Positions 42,580 through 59,196 of a stretch of 64,000 nucleotides of DNA are shown piece after piece. Position numbers and translations under genes: made by a program. Positions within the stretch are counted from its first letter, which is position 1. Every line of letters starts with the position of its first letter. The notes beneath the pieces are model-generated. The model was not told the origin of the DNA, searched no databases, and saw nothing but the letters and a program-made list of their open reading frames with translations. Location: the NCBI RefSeq assembly GCF_009914755.1, contig NC_060926.1; one strand, given 5' to 3'. The stretch is from the human T2T-CHM13v2.0 reference genome, Homo sapiens.

Positions 42580-42947
42580 GTTACACACTAAATTGTGTCC
42601 CCGCCAAAGGTCATGTTGAAGTTCTAACCTCCCATGTCACCATATTTGGAGAAAGGGCCTTTAAGAAGGTAATTAAAGTTGAATGAGGTCATAAGGGCGG
42701 GGCCCTGACCCAACAGGACTGTGACCTTGTAAAAAGAGGAAGAGTCGCCAGAGCTGTCTCTCCTGAGGCTCACACAGAGAAAAGGCTGTGTGAGGTCACA
42801 GCAAGAAGACACCGTCTGCAAGCCAAGGAGAGAGGATTCGCCCTGATCTTGAACTTGGAGCCTCCAGAACTGTGAGACATAAGTTTCTGTGGTTGAAGCC
42901 ACCTAGGCTGTGGTATTCTGTTACAGCAGCCCAAGCAGGCTAATACA
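42580..42947 (+). mobile_element. MaLR LTR (MLT1A-like)
   Basis: gggcctttaag...gcctccagaactgtgag...taataca. Confidence 0.8.
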
Positions 42948-43629
42948 CTTCCTTCCCCCAAATCCCACACAATGCTGGGGCAACAATAAGAATAAATACT
43001 AATTTCTCCATCTCCAAGGCCTAGTAAATGTCCAGCCTCTACCAAGCACTTCCTGACTGTCTCAGAAGGTCTCCATTCTTGTAACTTTTACTGCTTGGTA
43101 GGTAAGTTTCCTTTACATTTTATAAAGTTGTGACAAGACAACCCAGCTTCAAGACTATGTCAACAAACTATGAAGAATCATATGAAGAACCAAATCAAAA
43201 GCACAATAAAGCTAATAACCCACCCTTAACCGCATGTGAACTTGTGCCTGGGGCCAGTTAGGCATGAGTGCTAAGCAGTTCATCTGAATGATTATCAACT
43301 ATATCAGTTCCACAGAGTCCCTGGCATTTCTCTTAATTTTCTGCAATATCCATGATCAGCATCCATGTCAGGTTTTCCCTTGTACAACAAACTACATGAC
43401 AATCACTATCAAGTCCACACATGAAGCAACTCAATAAGTCAAATATCTCACTCCCCAGCTGTCTCAGTTCCCAGACTCCCGATGTCTTCCTTCTGACGGC
43501 CCGGGATCCCAGCAAAGAGGCAACCTCCAACACCACTGCCAGGTAGATGGGTGTCTCCCCCTACCCAGCCACACTCAGCGGTCAAATGCCTTGTCCTGCA
43601 GCACTGCTGTGTGCTATCCCTCCCTCCAC

Positions 43630-43935
43630 TTTATTTTCTATTTTGTTAGAGAGACAGAGTCTTGCTCTGTCACCCGGGCCAGAATGCAATGGCACAATCA
43701 TAGCTCATTGTAGCCTCAAACTTGTGGGCCCAAGTGATCTTCCTGCCTTAGCCTCCTGAGTAGCTAGGACTACAGGCGCTCACCACCATGCCCAGCTAAT
43801 GTTTCACTTTTTGTAGAGACGGGGTCTTGTTATGTTACCCAGGCTGGTCTTGAACTCCCAGCCAGCCTCAAGCAATCCTCCTGCCTCAGCCTCCCAAAAT
43901 GCTAGGATTAAAGGCTTGAGTCACCATGTCCAGCC
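43630..43935 (-). mobile_element. AluJ
   Basis: Diverged dimeric Alu. Confidence 0.88.
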
Positions 43936-44602
43936 TCTCCCTCCCCACTAAAAATAGCTTCTGTATAGCCGTTCTATGCATAGAACACACCTGAGTTTCC
44001 CAGCCCCACACTCTAGCTCCCTCCAACATCGTCTCCCACCAGACCCCTACACAAATGCTCATATAGCCAACCCAGCCTGCCACCCTGTGGCCAGCAGAGC
44101 ACAAATTTTCCCAGATTTGCCTGCGCTTTTGGCCCATTCAGAATAGCTGTCTGTTTTTCCTACCTGACTAAATGCTAGCCTTCCCTTGAAAATCCAGCTC
44201 AAATTCCAGTATGTTCATTAATCTGGATAACATTTAGAAAATAAAGTTTGTATACCTTTTCCTCATCAATCACATTCTTAGGCAGTTATTCTACCATGAC
44301 AGCCCCAGAGAAGGAGGAAGGGACTAAAACTGGGTTCATGAGGATAGGCTGTGCCCAAAATCCACCCCACCACAGGGATGTCTGTCACTTCTGCTCCCAG
44401 CAACCAAGGGCCTCGGGGCAGCCTTCATTTTCAGGCTCTTCAATCAATATGAGGCTCCCTGAAGTTCAGGACTGGTTTGGAGAGAAGCTACAAAGCTGCA
44501 CCACACATGGTTCCATAGTGTAACAGTTATCATGTCTGCTTTACACACTGAAGGTCCTGGGTTCAAACTCCAGTGGAACCATGGGGTGGTTGATTCCCAT
44601 TT

Positions 44603-44742
44603 GGCCATGCACAGTGGTCCACACCTGTAATCCCCATGCTTTGGGAGGCAGAGGTGGGAGGATCTTTAGATGCCAGGAGTTTGAGGCCAGCCAAGCAACA
44701 TAGCAAGACCCCATCTCTACAGAAATAAAAAATTTTTTAAAA
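44603..44742 (+). mobile_element. Alu left monomer (FLAM-like)
   Basis: Single-arm Alu. Confidence 0.8.
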
Positions 44743-45425
44743 ACCTGCATCACAGATTCAAAAACTACCCCTCACAAGGGAAGGAAGGTCTCTGCCCCCA
44801 CAGCCCATGAGCCACACACCGACTACTGCCCTCGGGGTGTGTTTAACTTTCACTTTTTTATTGTTTAGAAGTTACTCCCCAGGAAAATGGCACACTAACA
44901 TTATTGTGTAAGCAGCATCTCTGCCCTGGTGGCAGGAAGGAAATGATTCTGGGAAGATCAACAGAAGAGAAAAAGTCAGGGTAAAGATGGAAACAGCCAG
45001 CAAAGAGTAAATGCTGTAGTTTGGTCTTTTAATACAGTATGGCCGGATTGAGCTATCAGAAAACTACCTCCCTCCAATTGCACCCAGCAATTAGTAAACA
45101 CCCACATGTGCAAGGCACTATGCTAGACCCATACCAAAAAAAAGTGGGGGTAAATCAAGATCCTTGCTCTCTAGAAGTTTATGTGCCAGGCCAGAAGACA
45201 AAATAAACATCTGGAAAGTTAATCACCAACAAAAGAATTAAATAACCATAAGCGTGATAATTCAACAGCCACCGCATGGAAGCAAATGAATAACTTCTCA
45301 TTGGTGGTATGGACAGCAGACGCTATGAGTTCAGGAGAAAAGAGGGTCTTCTGAGCCCTGCAACTTGAGGTAACGCACTGTGGCAATACAAGAACAGGAC
45401 TGGAGCAGGGACCAAGAATAGGACC

Positions 45426-45611
45426 CAATGGTTCTCCAACTTGCTTGTGCATCAGAAACACCCAGAGGGCCGGTTAGATCAAAGATGGCTGGCCCCACCC
45501 CAGAGTTTCCAGTTCAGGAGGTCTGGGATGGGGGTTCCAAATTTTGCATTACTAATAAGTTGCAGATGATGCTGATGCTGCCAGTCCAGGGACACACTTT
45601 GAGAACCACTG
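45426..45611. mobile_element. MER5A-like hAT MITE
   Basis: caatggttctc...ttgagaaccactg terminal inverted repeats. Confidence 0.8.
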
Positions 45612-45972
45612 GTTTAGCCTGAACATTCTACATCACAGGTAGGAAACTGGCAGTCCAAATGGCCTATCTGGCTCATGGCTCGGTCTCATTTATTTTTTGG
45701 AGAGATGGGGGGGGGTCTCACTATGTTGTCCAGGCTGGTCTCGAACTCCTGGGCTCAAGTGAACTTTGCTATAAGAGAATTAGCCACAATGCAAGCACCT
45801 GCCATGAACTTGGCACAGCTGGACACTCTCCTCCCCACCACACACGCATCAAGGTGAAAAACCTTCTACAGAATGTTTTCACTTTGATTGGACACCTAAA
45901 GACAGCTTTGAAATGATGCAAAATCTCCTTCCTGTCAAAGTTGCTCAAACTTTGCAACTTTACCCTGGGTCT

Positions 45973-46347
45973 GTGTTATGGGCTGAACTGTGTACCCCTT
46001 AAGTTCATATGCCCAAGTCCTAACCATCCATCCCCCCATACCTCTGGAAATGACTATTTGGAGATAGAGCCTTTAAGTGAAAAGGGCGGGCCATAATCCA
46101 GTATGACTGGTGTCCATATAAGAAGAGGAGACTAGGTCACAGACAGACAGAGGGACGAAGACGTGAAGACAGAAGGAGAAGACAGCCATGTGCAAGTCAA
46201 GGAGAGAGGCCTTGGAAGAAACCAGCCTTGCCGACACTAGAAATTCTCAGACTTCTAGCCTCTAGAATCATGAGGCCGACACTTTCTGTTGTTTAAGCCA
46301 CCCGGTTGGTGGTACTTGGTTTATGGCAGCCCTAGCAAACTAATACA
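45973..46347 (+). mobile_element. MaLR LTR (MLT1B-like)
   Basis: tgttatgggctgaactgtgt...ggcagccctagcaaactaataca. Confidence 0.82.
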
Positions 46348-46894
46348 AACCCTCATGTCCACTGCAGTTATTTAACAGTGATTTCTACATCATCTCCTAG
46401 GGAGAGGACCAGAAAAGCAAGAAGAAAGCTCCAGTCTTGTGCTGTTAGAATCCATTTCCTAAGCCTCCTTTTCTCTGCTTATTTCCTTCTCTCTTTCATC
46501 CTCCACAGTTTCTCCTCTCTGCCTTGTAGGCAATGGCGCCTGCTTTCTGAAATGTCACAGCAACAGCAGAGTCAGGGTTGGGGGTTGTTGGTGAGGTGGA
46601 GAAGGTGTGTGGGGTCATCCCCAGATCACCCACTGGCAGAAGCCAGATGTAGGCCACATTTGAGAAGCAGAGCCAGGGCTGGGTAGGAATGTGAAGGGTT
46701 GACAGGATCTTGAAAGTCTTGGATCCAGAAAGGGAGGTGGGAGCAGTGGGGAGGTGCTCAGGCAGGTATCAGGCCCTCGAGCTTGGATTCAGTCACAAGA
46801 TGCCTCAGACATCTGCAAACACTTTCCATCAGCCTGGCGATCGATTTACAGGGCCGTAGATCGATTTACAGGGAGGTGAGGCCAATAGGGCTTT

Positions 46895-47366
46895 ACCTTT
46901 GGCACCAGGTACAGTTTGGTGGAAGACAATTTTTCCACAGAGCAGGTGAGGGGTGCTGTTGGGGGAGTGTTTTGGGATGATTCAAGCACATGACATTTAT
47001 TGTGCACTTTATTTCTATTATTATTACTTTGTAATATCTAATAAAAGAATTCTACAACTCTCCATAGAGTAGAATCCGTAGGAGCCCTGAGCTTGTTTTC
47101 CTACAACTAGACAGTCCCATCTGGGAGTGTTGGGGCACAGTGACAGATCATCAGGCATCAGATTTTCATAAGGAGCACACAACCTAGATCTCGCATGCAC
47201 AGTTCACAATAGGCTTCATGCTCCTATAAGAATCTAATGCTGCCACTGATCTGACAGGAGGAGGAGATCAGGCAGTAATGCGAGTGATAGGGAATGGCCG
47301 GGGAGCAGCTGTAAATACAGATGAAGCTTCAGTACCCATCTGTGGCGTGGTGATTGGGGACCCCTG
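46895..47366. mobile_element. MER1A (hAT-Charlie), left terminus degraded
   Basis: gaagacaatttttccac, gattcaagcacat...ttattgtgcactttatttc and right TIR ttggggacccctg. Confidence 0.82.
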
Positions 47367-48982
47367 CTCTACAGCATTTCAAAGTCACTTCTGGGCCTGG
47401 GTTGTGTCAACAACCATCGGCAGCCTCTTCAGACAGCACTGAAGCCCCAGAGAGCACAGAGCATCCCAGAGCTGTCCTTTCCCCGAAAGTCAGGCAGCAG
47501 CAACCTACCTGCCTGTATTCTGCTCAGCGATAAACAACCTCACCTGCCCAAAGCACCCGCAAGAGCAGAAGCTCAGTGTGAGCTGCAGTTCTCACCTGAG
47601 CATTGAGAGGCTAATGAGGTCTCTCCTGTTAGGATTCCTCATTTTATGATTCTGAAGCTCTTGCTGAAGCTCCCTTTTAAGCTCTAAATGACTGTGAATG
47701 CAAAGGGAAGAGCCTCGTGGAAGAGTTCAGGGAGGTACACAAAAAGTGTCAGGAGGGACAGAGAAAAAGAATACAGAGAAGAAGCGCCCTAATGCCCGTG
47801 GCATGACGTGATGCTACACCACCAGTAACCACCTCAGGGTCCAGGGCAGCCCCCACTTCCTCTGTCCCTGGGCCATGGAGCACCTTGACCCCAACACCTT
47901 AACCAGCTCCTTGGAGGATCCCAGTACAACTTGGCCCCAGTCCCACCTGGCTCCTTGCCCTTCTTCCTCTCCCCCAAGTGGGGTAGACTCTGCCTCAACT
48001 ACCCCTACCTGGCAGGGGGACTCTTTGGAGGAGGGATGAAGAATTCGTGTTCTCACTTTTTCTCGCATGGAGACATGCTGGGAGTTATTCCTGAAGTCTA
48101 GACGTGTCATTGGGCTGATCCACCAAGCAGGTGTCAAGGAAGAGCTGGCTGCTAGGGTTTCAAAGGAGCTCTCTACTGCCAGCCTAGTTCACCAGGGCAG
48201 GAGGCAGGGATATGAGGCAGAAACTAGGCTGCACTTCCCTTGAAGGGCCTCTCTTAGGACCCCAAAAGCAGCTGGGCAGGGTCAGACACAGCCACAACAT
48301 GGTCAGAACCCCAGCAGCATGTGTGGCATCCAGGTACCTGTACAAAAATAGGTACAAAAATACCTATTCTTGGTTTTTTTTAAGTTCGCTTTGGACTTTA
48401 GAGGGGCAGCCCAGAGCCAGGGGAAGGGAGAATCAACACTTGCTTTGTCTTTGAATCCCCAAAATTAGAAACAGAGTGCATCACCTATGCTGAGTGCTTA
48501 AGAAATGTGTCCCAAATAAAAAGGGGCCATAAAATGAAAGACAGCTCAAGTCCTGAGCAGGCCTGTGCCCAGGGGGAAGCAGAGCTAAAGTCTGCACCTG
48601 CGAGCCCAGGAGCTTCACAGCCAGCCATTCAGGTACAACGTTGGTTTGATTTTCTGCTCTGCTCAAAAAAATCAGAAACTAAAGGGATGTCCAACATGAA
48701 AAAAATAACTGCAAAAGACACTCCCGAGAGAGCTAAGAACCCACCCAGACTTCTAATTTGTGAAGACACGGTCCACGTACAACATCTGTATTGACGCCTA
48801 TGTGAAAGCCGGGACATGGTTTATCCAAGGAATAGACGTGTCAGACTCCCAGGGTACCGACAGTAACTGCAGCACTTCAGCCCAACCATGCCTAAGAACA
48901 GGAAATAATACATAGCAGTGTTGGGAAATTATGTAAAAAAGCAAAAGACTGAGATAAAAGCAAATTGCTCCCAAAAGGTTAG

Positions 48983-49289
<307 letters not shown>

Positions 49290-49350
49290 CCATGTGAATC
49301 TTAAGATGCCAGTCTATATCTACATAGCTCTTAGAAAGGCTCTATTCAAA

Positions 49351-49600
<250 letters not shown>

Positions 49601-49872
49601 GAGAAAGGGAAGAGTTCTCTTTCAGAAAGTTCACATATTTTTCCTAGGCCTTTATTTTAAACCAAGACTATCGAGGAAAAATAGAATGTCAGGATCTCCA
49701 TCTTCAACCAACTTCCAAATCGATCATGGAAAATGTGGAAAAGTCATCTATGAGCATCATAGTCAATTTTTTTTTTTTAATGAGACCTCCTGCTTTTTTT
49801 GGAATTTATGATGGGGAAGCCAGAATCCCTCAGCCAATTACTCCTCTAAGTCTGGCAGTTGGCAGCATTCAG

Positions 49873-50264
49873 TGTAGGTGCACCTGACAGCAATAACTTC
49901 AGAAGAAGAATGTGTGTTCAGAATTCCGAGCTAAGGAATCCAGAGATTCATTCCTTGTCTATAAGGAACATGTGAACCCCTGGCCCATCCTGTGGAACAT
50001 GGACCACACAAGGGATTGAGGCCCTTTGCTTTGAGTTAAATGAGGATTGCCATGTAGGAGCAGGTGCTAAGTGAAGGTGATTTATCAACTGCAGGCTTTT
50101 TGCAAGCGATTGGGATTCTCCTGTCCAGCCCACTGCCACTGGATCACCCTGTAAGTCAGTCCTCTCAATAAACCCTGTGTCTCATTTGCTGGCTCTGGGT
50201 CTCTTCTTCCGCCTTTTGAACCTAGTGCCATCCCCACTGAAGTCAATAGGGGTCCCGCATGACA
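49873..50264 (+). mobile_element. ERVL solo LTR (LTR47-like)
   Basis: TG...CA termini, internal AATAAA, TSD TTCAG/CTCAG; motifs ccgagctaaggaatcc and gtcaataggggtcc. Confidence 0.78.
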
Positions 50265-52560
50265 CTCAGAGGCAGAGTTGGATTAGAAACAGGAGATCTG
50301 AGAACCTAGGCCTGTCCTGCACTAACTCTTGCTGTGACCCCAGGCCAGCCCACCCTCTGCTTCCAGATGGGCCTCTCTCGGGTTAGTCCAGCAGGAAACC
50401 ATCCCCAGTGACCTCTGCTGGCTGACCCCCCACAATCTTGCCTTGGCCTCTAGGAACAGAGACCTCCTAGCCCCAGGGGTTGTTCTTAAGACCCATGGCA
50501 CTGATGTGAGAATATGCAGAAACCTGCAAAGTACAAAACAAGGCACCACATGGTATCCCCGGGATCCTCTCCTTAGGCCTGGCAGGCCACCCCATCCTCA
50601 AAGAATCTGACCCCTTCCTCCACAGGAGTCTTCCTCAGGCCATCTAGCACCTCCCCAGCTCCCACTCCTCCAGCATCCACCTAGCCCTTAATAACCACAG
50701 GCTGAGAGAGGTGGCATCCTTCTAGGAATTTCCCCTTCCTCCTCAGTCAGACCACAGGGCTCCTGGGGAGTGGGCTGCCTCAACCACTCCACTCTGCCCT
50801 GGACCTTTCCAGAGAATCATCCTGGAGCCATCTGTTTCTTCTATTAGGTGACCGACCAAACTAAAGACAACTTGCTCCCCATCTTCTCCAACACCCCAAA
50901 ACTATAGCTCAAGAATTGCAGTTTCATACAATCTGGAAGTATGTCCACTGAGCCCAAACCACTATTGAATGTTGCATTGTGGGGAAAAAAAAAGAGAAAG
51001 TGAGTTGTTAGGGTCCTGAAGAACAAGAACTGGCAGTGACCATCCTCCTGGAAAGTACAAAAGAATGACAGCCAAAAAGGCAAATATGAAATATGTTAGT
51101 GCCATCTATTGGCAAGAGTAAACAATAACAAAGAAGTGATGCTTTGCACAGTAGCAATTCAAATAAGAGCACCTCAGCGTCAACTCTGGGGTTTGCAAAA
51201 GGAGTTTTACATCCAACTAACTGCCTCTTAGGATGTTGAAAGCCCAAAGATGCAGGCTTTGCATGTGGAAAGCAGAGGGAAACTCCAGAACTGTTGGCTA
51301 CATTCATGTTCACTTAGGGATATGACAAGAAAGAGCCCAAGCCAAGATGTGACTGGGTCCCAAAGGACAGATTCCATGCTGAGGAGACCGGAGCTTTCCC
51401 AGATTCCTGCCCCACCCCACCACGACGTCCGATCACTTGGTGGGGAAGTGGACAGGAGAGTCCTATGCTTAGATGGGCAGAGCAGGCATTGCAATTCCCT
51501 ATGCCCGGAGCCTGTCCATAGATGCCTGGTGATGTGTGAACATGGAGATGGGATTTAGCAAGACCATTTCTCTAGGGGAACCTACCTGTGCAGACAGAGA
51601 AGAAGTGAGACACCACCCTGCTGAGCCCACTCCGCTGAGCCTCCAGGTCCAAGCTATGTGCTTCCTTCACATAGGGAATGCCAATGCAGCTGGCAGTACC
51701 AAGCAGGCATGAACTTCAGGTGAAGGAGAACAGGAGTCATAACTTGATTCGATACCGAGGGGCAAGGATGATGTCTGCCCTGAGATGACAAGATCAAATC
51801 CAGGCATCCGTGTCAGGGTCCTAACCTGTTGCCAGACTTCAGTTAGATTCAGGGACTACACCCCACAAACCAAGAGCCACAAGGCCTACAGGGGCCAGGC
51901 AGATGAGTTAAAAGAAGTCAAGATGTCTAGGTGAAAGGTAACAGGGAGGAGTGGGGACTGCGGCCAAACTGGAAAGACAATATTGGCCACATCTAAAGGG
52001 GGCGGCCAGTGCTCAGTCCAGCCAACTGCTGCTATGTGGGAGCATGGCCCAAGAGAATCCAGGCTGTTCTCCATATGGTATTTCTCAATTTTTAAATATT
52101 GTCAACTTAGTCATTAAAAAAGAAAAAAAATCATGCTAACCACATAAAACAGAACTGCAAGTCGGATTCAGCCCATATGCCTCTTATTTGCAACCTCTGC
52201 TAGCCCTTCTGTTTTATGCTTCTGTCCTCTTTTCCTTTAACTTCTTTGAAAAAAAATCTTTGTCTATAGGAAACCAAGAAGAAAAACAATTTCCCTTTGC
52301 AAAATCAATGATACCACTCATCTTGAGAAGTTTGAGAGTTAAATATAAAATTATCAGTGAGGACTGTCTCATGGTAGGCACTGTATGTTCACTCCCTTCT
52401 GCTTATATCTTATTTATGAAGTGCTTTCCAATTTCCTGCTTTTTTTTTTTTTTTTTGCTTCTGACAACAGGATGGTAGGGCAAGTATTATTATCCCCATT
52501 GGAAAGATGAGAAAACTAAAGTTTAGAGAAGTTAAGTGATGGTTGAAAGTCATACACTGA

Positions 52561-52836
52561 GGCCAGGTGTGGCGGCTCACGCCTGTAATCGCAGCACTTT
52601 GGGAGACTGAGGCAGGAAGATCGCTTGAGGCCAGAAGTTCAAGACTAGCCTGGCCAACATGGTGAAACTCCATCTCTACTAAAAATATAAAAATTAGCCA
52701 GGCGTGGTGGCGGGTGCCTGTAATCCCAGACAGGAGGATGACTTCAACCTGGGAGGCAGAGGCTGCAGTGAGCTGAGATCGTGCCATTACACTTCAGCCT
52801 GGGCAACAGAGTGAGACTCTGTCTCAAAAAAAAAAA
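52561..52836 (+). mobile_element. Alu with a right-arm deletion, next to a MIR
   Basis: Alu body lacking ~18 nt after taatccca; MIR core at ~52480-52555. Confidence 0.88.
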
Positions 52837-53089
52837 GTCATTGGGCTGTATACTCAGGTTGTGAGTATTTTACTGTTTATCTCTAGAAATGAAACATGGG
52901 GAAGTTACATGAAAAAAAGACTTTTAAGAACAAGTCGTTTTCCTCCTGAATTTAAACAACTCTACCTTGCTAGCTTAACCTCAAGGTCTTATAAGAAATT
53001 TAGTTTATACATCTTAAACACCTACACAAACCCTAAGAATGTGTTATAAAATCAACATGACACTGTAGTCTATAATTATAGTGCTCTAA

Positions 53090-54448
<1,359 letters not shown>

Positions 54449-55316
54449 AAGAGACAGTGTTGCACACCTTCCTTCAAAGATACCTTGCTTGAGCTAATAT
54501 TTTACTTCCAAGCTTTTTTTCCCCAATTGGGAGTATGAAAGAAGGCTTTGGCTCAGGTTAAAATGCTCACCAATTTCAAATTCATTCCGTCAAAATCAAT
54601 AAGCCTTCAAATCAAAGCACCTTTCTTTTTCAAAATATTATATTAAATGCAGACATTGAAAAGGTTATAACATTGGCTCTTTGGGTTTCCATAATAATGC
54701 AAGAAAATCTTTCCCAGGAGATCAATGCAGACAATTAATGATCCCTTATCTTATCTATAAATCTTAGTGTGCCAAACAAATACTATAGCATATAGAATAG
54801 CATCGGATTACTTATTAATATTATAGAATTTTAGCAAGATAAATTCCCTAAAGATATCATTATCAACTCAGGAACATTATTTTTAGACTGTTACATGTCC
54901 TTACACCTTTTAAATAACAACCTTAGTTCAGTATGTCAAGATCTGCTAAGGCTGAGCTATTTGGATTAACAGTAATCTCAAATTCTGAGGAACAAAACCT
55001 CAACGTGACCCAATGAGAACATTTACAAAACAAGAACACTTTATTTCATATTGCAAGACTCCCATTGGTCTCCAGAAGTGTCTAATGCACTTTAAACAAC
55101 TTTTATGGAAACAACTAAACCATGGCACTTTAATCAAGTATTACTTATGAGAATTGAAGAACCAACTTCTTGAACATCAAATTAAATTCCAATGCCCTGG
55201 GGTAGGATCCTTAAACCAGGGGTAAGAAGAGCATAACTCTGCCTAGGAAAGGAACTGTCCTGGGGCAGTGTCCTAAAGAGGGACAGTAGTGACCTCAAAG
55301 AGACTGCTGTCTCCTA

Positions 55317-55923
<607 letters not shown>

Positions 55924-55983
55924 TCAACAGATTCACCCATACAACCAAATGCCACTAAGTCTTTTATGCAAAGAGAGTCTTAC

Positions 55984-56544
55984 CTGTGAAAAGTTCAACC
56001 CATTCAATGGATGGCACTGCTCTTCCACCTTTTCCACTGCCCCAGTCTGTTTCCTCAGCCGCTCAGCCTCCTGGGCAAGGAACAGGTCTAAGACAGGCAC
56101 TCCACGGGACTTAATGTCCACTTCAGTCAGGGAGTTGACCATGAGCATCACCCAGACAGGCCTCTTGCGCTCCCAGTTTCCGGCAATAGCATTGAAGAGG
56201 TAGTCTGCGTAGAGCCCCTTGCCGCGCTGGTCTGGGGTCATCCACAAGGGCATCATGAGCTTGACATACTCCAGGTGGCGCTTGAGGCGGCAGTAGATGT
56301 CCCTGGGGAGCACATCTTGGAGGTTCTCGCCCTGTGGCAGCATCTGACAGCTGGTGAGAGCTGAGATGGTATAGGGGTCTGTGAGATCCAACTCAAAGTA
56401 CACAATGCTGCTCTGCAGGAAAGCCTCCTTAGAGTTGTCGGGGATGAAGTCCCAAACTCGGGTGTACGGGACATGGATTGTGCCAAAGAAGTAAGATGGT
56501 GGGTCTCGCTTAATGGTCCACAAGAAGGAATTCAGCTCGCTTTG
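55984..56544 (-). CDS. TRABD2A: TRABD2A/TIKI1 coding exon 2 ([27 protein letters not shown]...[13 protein letters not shown]), TraB/PrgY/gumN-like metalloprotease core
   Basis: ttttcAG|CAAAGC acceptor and CAG|GTAAGA donor; 561 bp = 187 codons, phase 0-0. Contains the conserved TIKI motifs GTIH, YFELD and LDLFLAQ. Confidence 0.97.
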
Positions 56545-57244
56545 CTGAAAAGAAAAGAGGTAACATCAAGGTATAATATGGGGGAGAGGCATGGTCAGGA
56601 ACCTGTGAGAGGAAATGAATCAGTCACATTTCAAGAGAAAAGATATCAAAGTAGAATTTAGACTTTTGAGTCCGTGTAGATTCACCTGCCAGGACAATCC
56701 ATTGCCCTAAATAGACAGGAGCAAATTATGAAATCAGGGGCTCATTAGGACTCTAGTTTCAACCTTGGCTGTATGTTGGGATCACCAGCGGAGCTTTAAA
56801 AGAAGCATCTCTGAGTCCTACCTCCAGACATTCTGATCTGATTGGTCTGGGATGAGACTCAGCTTTTCAATCAAAAGGGGATGGGACCCCCTTTTCAATC
56901 AAAATGTTGATTCCAAGATGAGAAAGCAATAGCAGTCACCAGTTTTGAGATTGTGCCATGCCTGCCCTAGCAATGAACTGGGCAAGAGTTAAAGAAGTGA
57001 GTCTCAGGGGCCTCCAAGGATATACCTGATACCATCTAAGAGACACCTGAGAAGCCCACTGTCTCCCAGGCAGACCTGATGATCCCTGCTCTTTCAGATC
57101 TCAAAACCAACATCCCCAAAGGCAGAGGCTTCAACTCTAGCTATGCACTGGAATCACCCCCAAAGCTTTTGAAAGTCCAATGCCTGGGTCCCACCCCAGA
57201 CCAATCACATCAGAATCTCTGGAGGTGGAACTCAGAAATGCTAC

Positions 57245-57542
57245 TTTTTTTTTTTTTTGAGAAGGAGTCTCACTCTGTTGCCCAGGCTGGAGTGCAATGG
57301 CGCAATCCTGGCTCACTTCACTGCAACCTCAGCCTCCCGGATTCAAGCAATTCTCCTGCCTCAGCCTCCTGAGTAGCTGGGACTACTGGCACTCGCCACC
57401 ACGCCCAGCTAATTTTTGTATTTTTAGTAGAGACGGGGTTTCACCATATTGGCCAGGCTGGTCTCAAACTCCTGACCTTGTGATCCGCCCACCTCAGCCT
57501 CCCAAAGTGCTGGAATTACAGGCGTGAGCCATTGCTCCGGCC
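57245..57542 (-). mobile_element. Alu (AluSg/Sc-like) inserted in a MER5
   Basis: TSD CAGA(A/G)ATGCTACTTTT; MER5 halves at ~57125-57244 and ~57543-57605. Confidence 0.92.
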
Positions 57543-57986
57543 ACAGAGATGCTACTTTTAAAGCTCCCCTGGTGACCCCAATGTACCGCCAAGGTTGAAA
57601 CTAGGGTCCTAATGAGCCTATGATTTTACAGTTTGCTCTTGTCCCTTTAGGACGTGGATCACACTTATTTCTCTCACAAAGCCTTCAGTTTCAATCACAG
57701 AGATCTGGATGATCTCTGCTGGATGGATTCTCTCCAAGCAGTTGCACATGCTGAGCAGCGGTGCATGTTCGTCTGAAGCCAGGCCATTTCACTCCTGGCC
57801 CCTGAGTGTCTCTCATCCTCAACAACTGGCATTTATAACATATCTGCTTATTAAGAGGCACTGTACAAAGAAGTGCAGTGCTCAAGGAATTAGGTGTAAA
57901 TGGCAGACATACCAGTGACAAGAACAATGTATTAAGAAAGCCGGAAATGTGAAAATCTAGGGTTATAGAAAGACTATATATATTTC

Positions 57987-58325
<339 letters not shown>

Positions 58326-58412
58326 AAATATTTGGAACATATTCCCTTTACTAAAGTATTTGACTTCAGCCTTTTAAGTAACATGCTTCCCTTGGATCAT
58401 GAAGTTTCTATC

Positions 58413-59196
<784 letters not shown>

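Noticed and set aside
55933-56523. 196-aa ORF as a stand-alone or bacterial TraB/gumN-like gene (horizontal transfer)
   Set aside because: It is exon 2 of spliced TRABD2A with canonical splice sites; the TIKI/TraB relationship is already known.
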